A program made the translations under genes and the position numbers. Positions 24,390 to 37,819 of a DNA stretch of 64,000 nucleotides are shown here, piece by piece. The stretch's first letter is position 1; every line of letters begins with the position of its first letter. A model generated the notes under the pieces. It ran no database searches. It saw nothing but the letters and a program-made list of their open reading frames with translations, and was not told the DNA's origin. Source of the stretch: Octopus sinensis (taxonomy: Eukaryota); the NCBI RefSeq assembly GCF_006345805.1, contig NC_042998.1, positions 115,258,001-115,322,000 on the forward strand, written 5' to 3'.

Positions 24390-27165
24390 ACATTGGTTGT
24401 GTAAATGTTAGTGGCCTGATGTCGCGTTGGAAGCGAGGGCGCTTCCTAAATGACATCAGTTCGAGAAATTTGGATGTAATTGTTGCAACGGAAACCCAGT
24501 TGAAGGGGCCAAGAGATCTGCTCTCTCTCCTGAACGGCTACGAGAAATACGTTTCTCCGAGTCGGGCGGGAGGTGGGGGTTGGGTGTTGGTCCTACTAAA
24601 AAGAAACCGGTTAGCCGAGAAAAAGTTGTTTTTTTCTGACCCAGAAGGCAGGTTGGTCACTATGTATGCACCCAACATTATGGGCCTGCAAAGTGAATAT
24701 TTTCGTGACCTGGGCAAATTCCTAGCTACGTCGCATTCGCTAGTATTGTTAGGAGACTTTAATACAATATGTGAAGCGCACACAGAGATTGTGTTGGCTA
24801 GAACATGAACAGAAAATGTAACCCAGGCTTACGGGATCTGCTAATTCAATTTCAGCTAGCAGATCCATATAGGTTGGAACACCCGAACACTCCACAGTGG
24901 AGGTGGTCAAATTGTGGCGGGTCTTCCAGAAGATATCTAGATTGGATTTTAATTAGAGAAACAGATAAGTCCATAGCCGAATGTCTACAGTTTTTCCGGT
25001 CAGCTACAGTGAACACAAGATGGTTACCCGTAAACTGACGGTAGATAAGTTGCATAGTCAGGGATCTGGCTACTGGAAACTCAATACTTCCCTTTTGGCG
25101 ATTGAGGAGTACAGAAAGCGAATCAAGATGTTAATACAGAGGGCATTAACAGGTACCATCATTAATAACAAATGGTAGTACGCCCTAAAAAGAGCCATCA
25201 AATATGAGTCTATTAGGTTTAGCATAAGTTTAGCTAAGAAGGGACGTAGAACAGGAGATGGTCTAGTTAAGGTACTAGAAGAATCCTGGTAATGCGGACC
25301 AAGCGAGGGTGAAAAAACTGGAGTTAAACCAGCATCTTGAAGCTCAACATGTGGGAAGTATTGCCAGAGCTAAGTTACGAGCGATGGGAAGTGAAGGAAT
25401 CAAGGCCGCTAGATGGGCCCGAGTGGTGGAATCTCGGCAAGGAAATAGTTCCACTATTCGGTCTTTGACGAATCAAAATGGTGTCTTGGTAAACGAACCC
25501 GAAAAAATGTGAGGCCTTTCGAGAGTACTTCGCCCAGCTGTTCGGGGGTGACGGCGGTCCTGGTGGTGGGAGAGCTCTCGAGGACTTTCTAGGCGGGTTG
25601 CCGTGCCTCTCAGGGCTGGATACGGAGTCTTGCAAAGGACCAATCATGCCGTGGAGGTGATGGAGGCTGTGGTCGACTGTAAAGCGGGTAAGTCGCCGGG
25701 ACTTGATGGTCTTGTGTATGCCACACTTATTCGGGCATCTACTGGCTGACATGTACGCGAACTGGCAACAGAATGGGCTTATCCCCAGATCTGTGCACCG
25801 AGGAAACGACCCGGACAAGGGAGACGTTATAGAGAATTTCAGGCCCATCACTCTATTAAACGCAGAAATGAAGATTTTGGTCAAGGTCTTAGCAAAGAGG
25901 TTGGCGCGTGTCGCGAATGGTATAGTCGGGGAGGTACAGACATGTGCCATCCCAGGCAGAACCATTCAGTATACACTCCATCTTATTCGCTATACCATAG
26001 AGAAGGTTGGTAATAAATGTGGCAAAGGCGGGGCATTGTTTCATTTAGACCAGTCTAAAGCTTTTGATAGGGGTGACCATCGATACCTGGCGACTGTGCT
26101 TGCGCGGTTCGGCCTGGGTCTTGGCTTCCTGAGGTGGTTTATCGCTTTGTACCACAACATTGACTCGATAGTTCGGGTGAACGCTTTTCTTTCGAAGCCG
26201 TTCTGCATCAGACGCTCGGTTCCTCAAGGATGTCCGCTCTCACCATTTTTGTATGTGATGGCTCTCGAGACCCTACTGAGAAGGTTGAGTGGCATCCCGA
26301 GAGAACCAGGTCTAGAGGAGTTGGTTACGGCTTACGCAGATGATATCACTATCAGCGTAACCTCAGTAGCACGCCTACGTGAAGTGGGTAAGACTACTGA
26401 GGCTTACGAGGAGGTGGCATGAGCAAAGATTAACCGGAAAAAGTCGGTCGGCTTGCAGCTCGGCACCCGAGTTGGTAAGTCGATGCCTTCAGACAGCGTT
26501 GTTGGTCGCTGGACGGAGGGACAGGTTAAGTTGCTGGGAGTTTGGTTTGGACCAGGCCTCCAGATAGAGAACAGGACGGAGGTATTGAGCAGGGTGGCTG
26601 CAGTAGTCAAGACCTGGTCTTGGCGGTGTCTATCTCTGAAAGGGAGGGCGGAGGTGGCCAATATGTTTATCGCATCGGTCATTATCTACCGCCTGACCGT
26701 CGTGCCCTGTCAGGATTCGTGGTTGATCAGTTTGGAAAGACAGCTCTTTCGCTTTTTGTGGAAGGGCAGGTCGCCACTTGTGAAACGCTCTGTCTGCTGT
26801 CGAAAGCCTTTAAAGGGAGATTTAGGGATGCCTTGGTTAATGATGCTCAGACATGCGTTGAGGTTGAGGCATCTCTGGATTCTTCTGTATAGTGAACGGG
26901 TGTGGTCCCTTCTGGTCAGACAAATGTTCCCCGAGTTCAAAAGTTTTTGCGAACAGGAAGCCTGGTGTTCTCGTAGACCGAGGACGACTGAGTAGCATAT
27001 GGAGTGCCGTAAGGCCCTCTTGCTATTCCGGCGCTCGGGTAACACCAGCAGTGGGAGTTCCAGTCGAGTTTTACATGGTGGGTTGGTAGAGTCTGAATGC
27101 GACGATGGCCTGGGGCGATTCTAGGTCTCGGGTTTATTCAACTGGACAGCTTGTTTCACCGTACA
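24390..27165 (+). mobile_element. Tx1/L1-clade LINE ORF2 (APE plus RT), pseudogenised and 3'-truncated
   Basis: CVNVSGL..NLDVIVATET; LVLLGDFN; SEHKMV..GYWKLNTSLL; NFRPITLLNAEMKILVKVLAKRL; LDQSKAFDR; QGCPLSP; AYADDITI. Several stops and frameshifts. Confidence 0.92.
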
Positions 27166-27174
27166 TTCAGGTGA

Positions 27175-27500
27175 AATGCTGAGCGGTACTTCGTCTGTCG
27201 ATAAATTAAGTACCAGTTGCGTCTTAGGGTCGATCTAATCGACTGGCTCCAAAACTTTCGGGCGTTGAGTAGAAAAGAATATTCATATGTGATTAAAGCG
27301 GCGAGCTGATAAAATCGTTTGCACGCCGTGAAATATGCTTAAATATTTCGTCCGTCTTTACGTTCTTACTTCAAATTCTCCTGAGGTCGGATTTGCTTGT
27401 CATGCTCTGGAAGTAGACAAAATGATTACCAATCGAGCACAGGGGTCGATGTAATTGACTTACCCCTTCCCCGAATTGGCTGCCCTTGTACTATAATTTG
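27175..27500 (+). mobile_element. SINE family D copies
   Basis: ggcgagctgataaaatcgtttgcacgccg..gaaatatgctt...gttc...ttcaaattctcctgaggtcgg...ggggtcgatgtaattgac. Confidence 0.75.
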
Positions 27501-27911
27501 AGATCAATATCTCTATATGAGTGTATGTGTTTTGACTGAGTGCGTGTACATTTCCGTGTTTCTATATTTGAATACTTCTGCCTATAATTGATTTGAGTTA
27601 CACTTTGTGTGTGTGGATGTGTGAAGTATTTGAATATGTGCATCGAAAACAAGAAATTTGTGGAATAATGTACGGGAATAAAGCATATACGCAAGTGAAT
27701 TAATATATATTCGCATGAAAGTATCTGCATTTACGATGCGTTTGAGAGTGAGAGTGTGAAGGTGAGCTATACGTACGCTTTTGGTATTTACATATCAGTG
27801 TGTGTGCATGTATATATACGCTTACATTCACCCCCCCCCCCCGCACAGAGTTATATACGCTTCGTACATATATATAGATATTTACATATATATATATATA
27901 TATATATATAT

Positions 27912-27950
<39 letters not shown>

Positions 27951-28596
27951 CAGAAACAGAAAGAGAGATAGATAGATATACAGACACAAAACTGGGCGGT
28001 TTAAATGTGCAATCGGGGAAAATAAAAGTGAACAACATACACGCATCTCTCTATAAGAATATATGTGCGACTGTTCGCATGTACGTATGACTGCCTTCGC
28101 TTGTGTTCACACGTAAGTCTCTCTCTCTCTCTCTCTGTCTTGCGAGTGCAGCAGGTGGAATTAAATCGTAAGTGACCGAGGGGCGAACAGAAAAAAAAAA
28201 TATTGGTCTAAAATCACATCAACATGTACAGTAAGCATGTAAATTTGCCCATTAAACACTCGATAAATGGATTAGAAAACAGTCGGTTCAGGGCCACTGC
28301 GTGAAGCTTTCGGCTACAGAACAATTACAGACAATAACGTACACCGTGATTTTCCCAACTTTTAAAATTCATCATCAACTATTTTGTTCCGAAAGATCTT
28401 GTAGTTATGTTTTTCGTTTTCGCTTTTGTAAGTACTTATATATTTCTTTCCCGCTGACACCTTTTTTTTTTTTTTTATAGCGCTTTTCTTAATCATTTTC
28501 TCTGATTTCATTCTGTTATTCCACTCATTTTTTTGTTTCATTTCATTGCACATTATCTACATTCTCTGTCACTGTCTCTCTTTTCCTGCCCCCTTT

Positions 28597-28634
<38 letters not shown>

Positions 28635-28992
28635 ATTACGCAAACACATATAGATGCACGTAACAAACGCGCGCACACACATATGTCTATATTTGGATGT
28701 CAGAGTATGTATATTGGTCGATAAATTGATAGATAAATAAATAGAAACATATGTAAAAATACGTATATGCATCTCTATGTGCAGATATAGGTGTGGCGAT
28801 GGGGAAGGGGTGTTTGTGCGTTGCTGCAAGTATTACAAAATATTACAAATCTTCGGCTTCGCTTCTTATGAGGTATTAAAGCGCAGTGAAGTATAAAGGG
28901 CGAGCAGGGGAAAGAAATTTTAAGAAAAAAAGTTATGATGAATATTGATTTAATAATAATGATGTAGTCGTTGTTGGTTTTGATAATGAGGT

Positions 28993-29025
<33 letters not shown>

Positions 29026-29233
29026 CACCGACAACGACAATATTGGTTTCCTTAATGATGTCTTTATATTTATATTTTATATACAGTATTTACAGTCTTT
29101 GGATTTCAATATTATAAATGATGAAAGAAAAGTACAAAAAACAAAGTCATATATATATATATATACACGTCCATCTCTCTCTCTTTCTCTCTCTCTCTCT
29201 CCCTCTCTCTCTCTCTCTATATATATATATACT

Positions 29234-29265
<32 letters not shown>

Positions 29266-30344
29266 TACAGACATACTTACATATATGTATACTTGCAATA
29301 GATACGTGCAAGTATACATAGCACAAGAATTACTAACAGAGACAGTACAAAATAACTGATGCTGCAATCAGTATGAATGTACAAGCTGGCACATATTTAA
29401 TTGTGTTGAGACTTCAGGGTTTTTTTTACCTCTCACTGCAGTAAAGATTTCTCTGCAGATTACTAAATGATACGAAAGTTTCGAATTATTCAACTGAAAA
29501 CATTTCTTCTATTTACTTTGCTATTTTAGTGTCATTATTTTTCACTTTATATTCGCTTTATATTCTGTGTTCAAATCCTGCAAAAACCAATCTTATCTTT
29601 TATGTCTCCGAGGTTATTGAAATAAAATAATATTCATATACAGTGTTCAATTTAATCGACAATCTGCGCGCCCAAATTTTCAGGACTTGTATCTATATTA
29701 AAAATACTTGTAGGGTGGTGGATTCGTAGGATCGTTAGCCTTGCCAAACTTGTTTGGCTTTGCGGCTCGGATTAAATCATAAACTAGATATCGTAGTCTG
29801 GTTAGGAACTATTTCGAAATCCCCAGTTTATAAGATAGACCGGAGAGAACGGATAAAAGTGGCAATATAAGCTTCTAAACAAAGATATGTGCCTACTAAT
29901 GGTGTACATATACAGTCCTATGAAGTCATTGGAGCAAGAACAGACAAAACAACTGACCAAATAAATGCAACACATTCTTGCAATGACCAATGATTGATAG
30001 AAAGCTTCCATTATTTCAGGTGCATAGCCTTTGAATAACGTTTGTATCTCTAGAATCTAAATAGACGAACAAATGCATAAACAAAAAAGTTTTTGGGTTC
30101 GGCGTATATAGACAAAGTGAAGGGGAAATGTACCACACCTTTTAATATGTGGATTCATGAGCATCTTCGTTGACTGAAAATTTCCTTCAGGTGCACTGAT
30201 TTGACTAAAGAAGACGGTGTTAATGACGACTGTAATCTTCTTTTACCGGCAAAGCCGATAGTTCTGCCAATTTCCCTACTATAGCCTTTAACAATCCGCT
30301 GAAATCTAGACACTTTACCCGCTAAAACTTCGTCTTCAGCTTCT

Positions 30345-30359
30345 CTCTCTCTCTCTCTG

Positions 30360-30393
<34 letters not shown>

Positions 30394-30395
30394 TT

Positions 30396-30467
<72 letters not shown>

Positions 30468-30756
30468 CCTATTTACCTACCTACATACCTACCTACCTAT
30501 TTATCTATCTATCTATCTATCTATATATCTATCTATCTATCTATCTATATATCTATCTGTCTGTCTGTCTGTCTGTCTGTCTAAATCTATCTATCTATAT
30601 ATCTATCTATCTATCTATCTATCTACTTATCCCTACGTAGATATATTCCGATCTTTTGGAACACTGCAATGTGCTTACTCTCAAGATGGCGAGACCGTTA
30701 TAACAAAGGCAGCTGTTGTATATTATTCTCATTTCTCGCATCTCCCTCACCTGAAA

Positions 30757-30806
<50 letters not shown>

Positions 30807-30808
30807 TT

Positions 30809-30888
<80 letters not shown>

Positions 30889-31005
30889 CCTATTTACCTA
30901 CCTACATACCTACCTACCTATTTATCTATCTATCTATCTATCTATATATCTATCTATCTATCTATCTATATATCTATCTGTCTGTCTGTCTGTCTGTCTG
31001 TCTAA

Positions 31006-31042
<37 letters not shown>

Positions 31043-31190
31043 CTTATCCCTACGTAGATATATTCCGATCTTTTGGAACACTGCAATGTGCTTACTCTCA
31101 AGATGGCGAGACCGTTATAACAAAGGCAGCTGTTGTATATTATTCTCATTTCTCGCATCTCCCTCACCTGAAATCTCTCTCTCTCTCTTC
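30345..31190. repeat. Tandem duplication (~417-bp period) of (CT)n-(CTAT)n plus a ~127-bp unique core
   Basis: Core ccctacgtagatatattccg...caagatggcgagacc...ctcacctgaaat at 30631-30757 and 31048-31174. Confidence 0.9.
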
Positions 31191-31960
31191 CACCCTCTAT
31201 CTCCCTCTCCTTCATTTTCTCTGTGACCACTTTACTATACATGTTCATGTGATTTTACATCAAAATTATTTTCTATTCGGCTTCAGCCTTCTAACGAAGT
31301 AATTCCACCCCTGCACTCGCACAGCAGACGCGTGTGAACACATTCGAAGCAGTTATACGAACATAGTAACCGTCACACATACATGCATGTGTGTGTTGTT
31401 TGATATTATTTTACCCAATTGCACATTCAATCCGACCAATTTTGCTTTGTTTCATTCCACAATATCTATTCGCTAGTGGTTGGACTTTAGCTAAACTGAA
31501 GAGGTTATAAATAGCCAGCTCGTCTAGCCAGCGGGCCGGCTTCATCTTAAAAAATGATCACCCCATCTGCCTCTTGTCTCACTTCTATAAGTTGTTTACA
31601 AATGTCATAGTCACTAGACCATCAAAACACCTCGACGATGAACAGCCGAGACAGCAAGCGGGTTTATGTAAGACCATAGTACGATAGATCACTTATTTAA
31701 TAACAAAGCTCATAGAACAGCGAATGAATGTGTCTGCGGGAAATGTTGCTGTTGATTACGAGAAGGCCTTTGATATCATCGAGATGAACGCTGTGTTGAA
31801 ATCTCTGGAAATGCAAGGTGTCGAGTCGCAATACATCAAACTCGCTCGGAGTTTGCTCGGAGATGCAAACTTTGAATGCACATTAGATATAGAATTGCTA
31901 TTTCCAGCAGTAAGGTTCCTAAGTGAGAAGGTTGTTAAGCAAGGAGATACCCTCTTTCCT

Positions 31961-32504
31961 ACGTCACGCTGGTGAGACCCATATTGGAGTATGGGATTCA
32001 AGCCTCTTCTCCTTATCTCCTCAAAGACATACAGCATCTCGAAAGAGTCCAGAAGCTGGCTACCCGCATGGTTCATGGTCTCAAAAATTTGTCCTACGGA
32101 GAAAGGCTGAGGACGCTCGACCTTTATTCTCTTGAAAAACGCCGCCGCCGTGGTGATCTCATTCTCGCACACAATATCATAAGCGGAAAGTGTAACCTCT
32201 CGAAAGAGCTGTTCTTAACTCCTGCTCCAGAGCGTCGGCTGCGAGGTCATTCCGAAAAGCTCTACCTGCGACGATTTCATCTCAATCGATGGAGAGGAGC
32301 TTTCTCCGTCCGGGTTGCGGATCCGTAGAACAAGCTGCCAGACGAGATGGTGAAGATGCCGACGACCGCTTTGTTCAAAGCCTCCATGGACCTCAAGTGG
32401 CCTGAACTCTTTACATGAACACCACCCTGTACTTAACTTCCATGTCCCCCTACATGGCCTTGCTATTTGCTTTTGAGCCAAATTAACTAACTAACTAACT
32501 AACT
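31961..32504 (+). mobile_element. CR1-clade LINE, 5'-truncated 3' end with (TAAC)n tail
   Basis: VRPILEYG..LERVQKLATRMV.GL..LSYGERLR.LDLYSLEKRRRRGDLI..LRGHS.KL..FS.RV; ends in taactaactaac. Confidence 0.92.
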
Positions 32505-32720
32505 AAAACTCTTTACCGCATGTCTAGAAATGGTCATCAAGGGTATCGACTGGAGAGGTGGCTTGAACTGGTGAGCAGCTACAGGCCTCCAATTGACATT
32601 GTGCCTATAGAAGACATTGTATTTACAGTTGAAACCACAGATCAGCTGCAGACCTTGCTGACAGAGCTGAGCACTCAGATTAGCAGTTGGCCTTAAAATG
32701 AATCGCATGCTAACAAGATA

Positions 32721-32954
32721 CAGTAATACCTCGACTATCGCGGGTGTTATGTTCCAAAAACCCGCGCTAGGTGAAAATCCGCGAAGTAGAAACACTACTG
32801 TACAGTATATTTTTTAAAATCATTTATATAATTTTATCTATTCATTTTACTACACATGCAAAACAACACCACAGAGGAATCGACGTAAACTTAAATAATA
32901 AACGGCGACAGGTGAACCGCGATAGGTGAACCGCGATATGGCGAGGGATTACAT
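32721..32954. mobile_element. Tc1/mariner-pogo (Tigger-like) MITE
   Basis: TIR-like cagtaatacctcgactatcgcgg and ccgcgatatggcgagggattacat, flanked by TA on both sides inside the RTE reading frame. Confidence 0.8.
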
Positions 32955-33643
32955 TATATGCGGTCGGAACATTTAGCACAAAGGAGGAAGTGATGAAATC
33001 GAAGAGGTAAAATAATACGTCTACTTAGGGCACATAATGAATATGCACTGAGATATGGATGTTGAAATCTCAAAGAGAATAAGGGCAGGATGGAAGGCAT
33101 TTAACCCAATAAAGGATATGTTCCAAACAAAGTTTTAAAATGTCGTACGTGCCAGATTCTTCAGCAGTACCGCCCTACCTGTGCTATTCTATGCAAGTTA
33201 GACGTGAGCTACTACGAAAAGGATAGAACATCGATTGGCTACAACGCAAAGTGCCAAGGAAAGATCAATGCTAAGAGCGTTACAATCAGAGCACATTCGA
33301 AATGAAATAATTCGAGAAGGGAGCGGAGTGAGCGATATGATCGTAGAGTACAGAAAGCACAAATTCCGCTTCGCTGGACATGTCGCAAGGTCCACAGACA
33401 ACAAGTGGACCTGTACAGTTGCCGAATGGTATCCAAGAGATCGGTAAAAGCTACTTTAACTGTTTCCACGAGGATAGTAAGACGATTTAGTTATGCAAAT
33501 TAGGTGAAGATGGAAAAAATGGCGCAATGTAGACGCATTGGAAGCGCATTGAGGCCAGTGGTGTGTAACAGTATCTGATGGCCTAGTTGGTACTTTAATA
33601 TACACATACATACATACATACATACATACATACATACACACAC

Positions 33644-33690
<47 letters not shown>

Positions 33691-33782
33691 GAGTGAGAGA
33701 GAAAGAGAAAAGTGTGTGATATATTAATATATATATATATATATAAATGGAGTTAAACGTATGTATTATTCAAATTCTTTTA

Positions 33783-33869
33783 CTTCCTACACATGTTTCG
33801 AAGATATCACTGGTATTATTCCAAAGGAATAAAATGGTGTAAAACAATTTAATCTTCTCTTCAAGGAAA
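33783..33869 (-). ncRNA. Type I hammerhead motif (C3U variant)
   Basis: TTTCC-TTGAAGA-GAAGAT...ATCTTC-GAAA-CATGTG-T-A-GGAAG. Confidence 0.6.
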
Positions 33870-34194
33870 TGAAGAAACGAAACTCATCAATAAGATATTT
33901 TAACAGAAAATGATAGATATGTATAGTGATTAACTGAACGCTATTACGCTTGTTAAAAAAAAAAAACGTTAGAGGATATAACTATATGTTTATATGTAAT
34001 ATGCAAATCGTTATATGCTTCTCATTTATTTGTTTTTTGTCTGTCTTTACACCTCCTCTTTCTATAGGCTACCTTTGACTTTATATCCCCTAATGTTTTT
34101 TTGTTTTTTAAAAAACTTAATACCGATCAGTTAATTACTATACTTATCTATCGTTTTCTGTTAAAATGTCTTATTGACGAGTTTCATTTCTTCA

Positions 34195-34281
34195 TTTCCC
34201 TGCAGAGAAGATTACATTGTTTTACACCATTTTTTTCCTTTGGAATACTACCAGTGATATCTTCGAAACATGTGTCGGAAG
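34195..34281 (+). ncRNA. Type I hammerhead motif (A6C variant)
   Basis: TTTCC-CTGCAGA-GAAGAT...ATCTTC-GAAA-CATGTG-T-C-GGAAG. Confidence 0.62.
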
Positions 34282-34689
34282 AAAAAGAAGGTTAAAATAT
34301 GATATAATGTGGAAGTTGAGTTATGTCTCTTTATGTTCTGAGTTCAAGTCTTAGGCAGATCCCCTTCGCGTTTTATTTTTCTAGGTGTTCGTTGACCTAT
34401 GTTTCGCATAAACAGTCTTCTTGATTTGATCAACTGAACCAGTAGGTGGAAATTTATTACTGGATCTATTGTTTCATCGTCCATCCACAAAGGGCCTGCG
34501 ATTCCTTGTGACCTTTTATAGGGTCTCCCGGACCTTAAGTAGGAAAGTATGAATTTATCTTGTGAATTAGAAACCTTTCAGAAATTTCCATGATAAAAAT
34601 TACCGGTAATTTTTTTAACCAAGCTTACCGATACAAAATATACTGAAAACTGTTATAGTCTAGTAATTGTAGTTGTAGGAGGGTATGAA

Positions 34690-34985
34690 TGGCTAAGTCA
34701 ATCCCAACGTAATTTGAACTCAAAGCGTAAAGTAGAACCAAAGGCTGCTAAGCAGTTTGCCCGATGTGCTAACAAGTCTGCCAGCTCTTCATCCAAATAT
34801 AGCCTAGTGGGGTCAATTTATCACGAAACGCAGCAAGGTGGCACAATGGTTAGCAGGTAGAGTACTTGATAGGTGGCATTTCGTCGGGCATGAAGTTCTG
34901 AGATTAAATTCCGCCAAAGTCGACATTGCCTTTCATCTTTTCAAATTCGATAAAATAAGTACCAGTTGAACACTGGGGCCCTCCT
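34690..34985 (+). mobile_element. SINE family D fragments
   Basis: ggtggcatttcgtcgg...gttctgagattaaattccgccaaagtcgacattgcctttcatc...gataaaataagtaccagttgaacactgggg. Confidence 0.75.
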
Positions 34986-35825
34986 CTGATCTTGCTCGAC
35001 TTTTCAAAAATTTGATGCCAATATTAATTTCTTGGGGAGAAAATATTTCTTACAGGTATGGATATAAACCATAAACGGTAGTCGGCATCAGTAGAGAATT
35101 TAGATAATGTCTTAAACCGGTAAATAATTTTATATGAATTTACGGATATATACATTGAAGGTCTACGAGGAATGGAATCATAAAAGAGCATTACTAATGA
35201 TATACAAAATGAGTGTGTTTACTCGTGCGTATATGTATATGTATGTGTGTATTTGTGTGTCTATCGGACGACAGTAAAGAATTTAATAAAATCAGTTCCA
35301 TGGTTTCACCTATGTCCGATGGGTATTGCCAATCATTAATACATTGAAGGCAACGTGACCATCCCTTCCGAGGTGAAATTGACAATGAAATTCCATTGAC
35401 ATGTATGTAAATGATGAGTAATCAAACAGGAGATACATTAAATCTAAAACTGTTATTGAAGTGAACACATCATTTGGTAATGTAGATAAGAGCTTCTATC
35501 ATTACACGCCATCTCATATACATCTCGAAAAGCAACTTTCGGTGACTTAAAGCATGCTCTGATACAAAGCCACGTCAACTCTTGCCCTAACGCGTACCAG
35601 AAGTTGTTGGTTTATTCTTTTATGTTTTTCACTCTATAAACAGTACCAAACACCAACTAGTCTATAATCTTGTATCACCATTTGTTGGATTCAACAGTAT
35701 ATAAATTATTTGTGTGTATGTCACCATATTTAATGAACAAAAGCTCATGTGTCTTATATATAAATGTGTGTATACACACACACATATCTATATATACACA
35801 CATATATACATACATATATACACAT

Positions 35826-35857
<32 letters not shown>

Positions 35858-35884
35858 TATATATATATATATTATATTATATTA

Positions 35885-35918
<34 letters not shown>

Positions 35919-36297
35919 CATGCAGATAGATACAAAACAAAGTATGCATGTAACATATTCATATATATTTAAAAATATGCGAGTGCGCTGTAATTTGATG
36001 TGGAATACGATGTTCTTCTATGTTATGTATACATATAGGTGTGTATGCGTTCATGTATACATGCATCTCATTTTCTCTCTCTCTTTCTCTCTCTCTCTCT
36101 CCATAAACACACACATACACACACTCACACATACGTACATTGACAGTTTTAGAAATATCACAATATTCTGTGTGCGCGGCGAACTTGTGGGCATATGTCT
36201 GTAAATGTATCACAGTCATCTAAGTGTGAGCACATTTGTGTACATATGTTCGTGTATATTTACATAATTAAATCTGTATTTGTATGAAATATATCGC

Positions 36298-36328
<31 letters not shown>

Positions 36329-36429
36329 CGTACACAAGCACAGACAAGTGCATACGTAAATTATTTTAGCTCGGAGCATATACTTTTAAATATAAAATGA
36401 CGTTTAATTAATACGTTTTGTTTCGTTTA

Positions 36430-36525
36430 TCATCACGTGACGGAGAAACCTTTTAAAAGGAGGGTCATTTTTGTGTAGAAATTAACTGAATAGCATTTGA
36501 CCAAATATGGCGGAGTAAGTGGTAA
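36430..36525 (+). promoter_or_regulatory. Possible promoter or first micro-exon (E-box; ATGGCGGA|GTAAGT)
   Basis: TCACGTGAC at 36433-36441; aatATGGCGGA followed by consensus donor GTAAGT at 36515-36520. Motif evidence only. Confidence 0.25.
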
Positions 36526-37184
36526 GACTTCACGTAATCAAATATATACAACTACCTTCTATTGCAATGTCTCTGATTTACTACGTCACTTTTAATTCTT
36601 CTAACTCTTCTCATACTTCCCGTATAGCCCTTTAAGCCAATTCATTAATTATGTCATATTCAAAAGCCGCCCTATTCTTAAAATCCACTTCCAAAATTAA
36701 ATAGTAACCATTTCACATATATGATGACAGCCCTGTAGGAATGGTTAGCAATGCTTTCAGAGGAAATTACCTTAAAAAATATCTAAATTGTTCCGCCCAA
36801 GGGAGAGTTTTTTTTTCTTTCTCTTCCTTTATGTTTTTCTTTAGAATTTTCTTTCTTTCTGTCTTTCTTTCTCCTTTTCTGTCATTCTTCGTTCTTTTTG
36901 TTTTTCTTTCGGCTAAGGCTAAATACCTAAGTATTGAACTCTGCTATATTGGCATTAAATAGTGCAAATTCTGTTTATTCAGAAAGGCTATATAGTAAAA
37001 GGCTAGTTGAGATAATAATGTTAAAAGTTACGACACTGTAATTTTTCTCTTCAGCGCGCTCTTCCACTCCATTCTCTTCCCTCTCGTTTTCTTTCACCCA
37101 CTCACTTGCTTCCATTTGTATGCCCCACTCCCTTTCTACCTCAGTTTATACAAACTCATGAACACAATTGCCCCATACACACGC

Positions 37185-37238
<54 letters not shown>

Positions 37239-37407
37239 CAACAAAACATCAGCACACATAGGTCGGCAAATCCATACACACAGTCAGATACACACAAAAA
37301 TGCGTACTGGTACGCAAAAATGTCCACAAACGCAAATACATACGTAATGTATATACAAGTACAAACAAATACGAACAAGCACAAACACATGAGCACACAC
37401 ACACACA

Positions 37408-37454
<47 letters not shown>

Positions 37455-37549
37455 CGTAAATAGAAAAACAAATAAAGCACATACAAATATCTACAAGCGG
37501 GAATACACACGTATGACACGTAAAAGTCCATCAAATATATACTGGCAAT

Positions 37550-37592
<43 letters not shown>

Positions 37593-37819
37593 CAACTCAT
37601 TCACAAACATGCAAATATGCTACAGCAATAATCCATATAGACAGAGGCGCACGCGTATACACACACATGTAGGTACGTAGAGGCAGAGATATCTACAAGC
37701 ACAAACATATATAGACAGACATGTATAAATACCTACCAGCATAACGATACAAACTATAAACACACCTAGTCCTACATACGAACTCATAGATAGATAGAGA
37801 GGGAGAGGGAGAGAGGGAG

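Larger units (their letters stand above)
31520..33590 (+). mobile_element. RTE-clade LINE RT and 3' region, interrupted by two younger insertions
   Basis: LLSHFYKLFT; VDYEKAFD; VKQGDTL|..KLFTACLE; GLKMN; YVYLG; EISKRIRAGWKAF; KFRFAGHVAR..DNKWT..VAEWYPR. Confidence 0.88.
33770..34295. repeat. Diverged head-to-head inverted repeat (~210-bp arms), each arm with a long-stem-II hammerhead
   Basis: Arms about 33770-33981 and 34082-34295; HHRs at 33783-33869(-) and 34195-34281(+). Confidence 0.85.

Noticed and set aside
29802-30011. 69-aa Cys-rich ORF on the minus strand
   Set aside because: It is short, with no recognisable domain or firm splice context.
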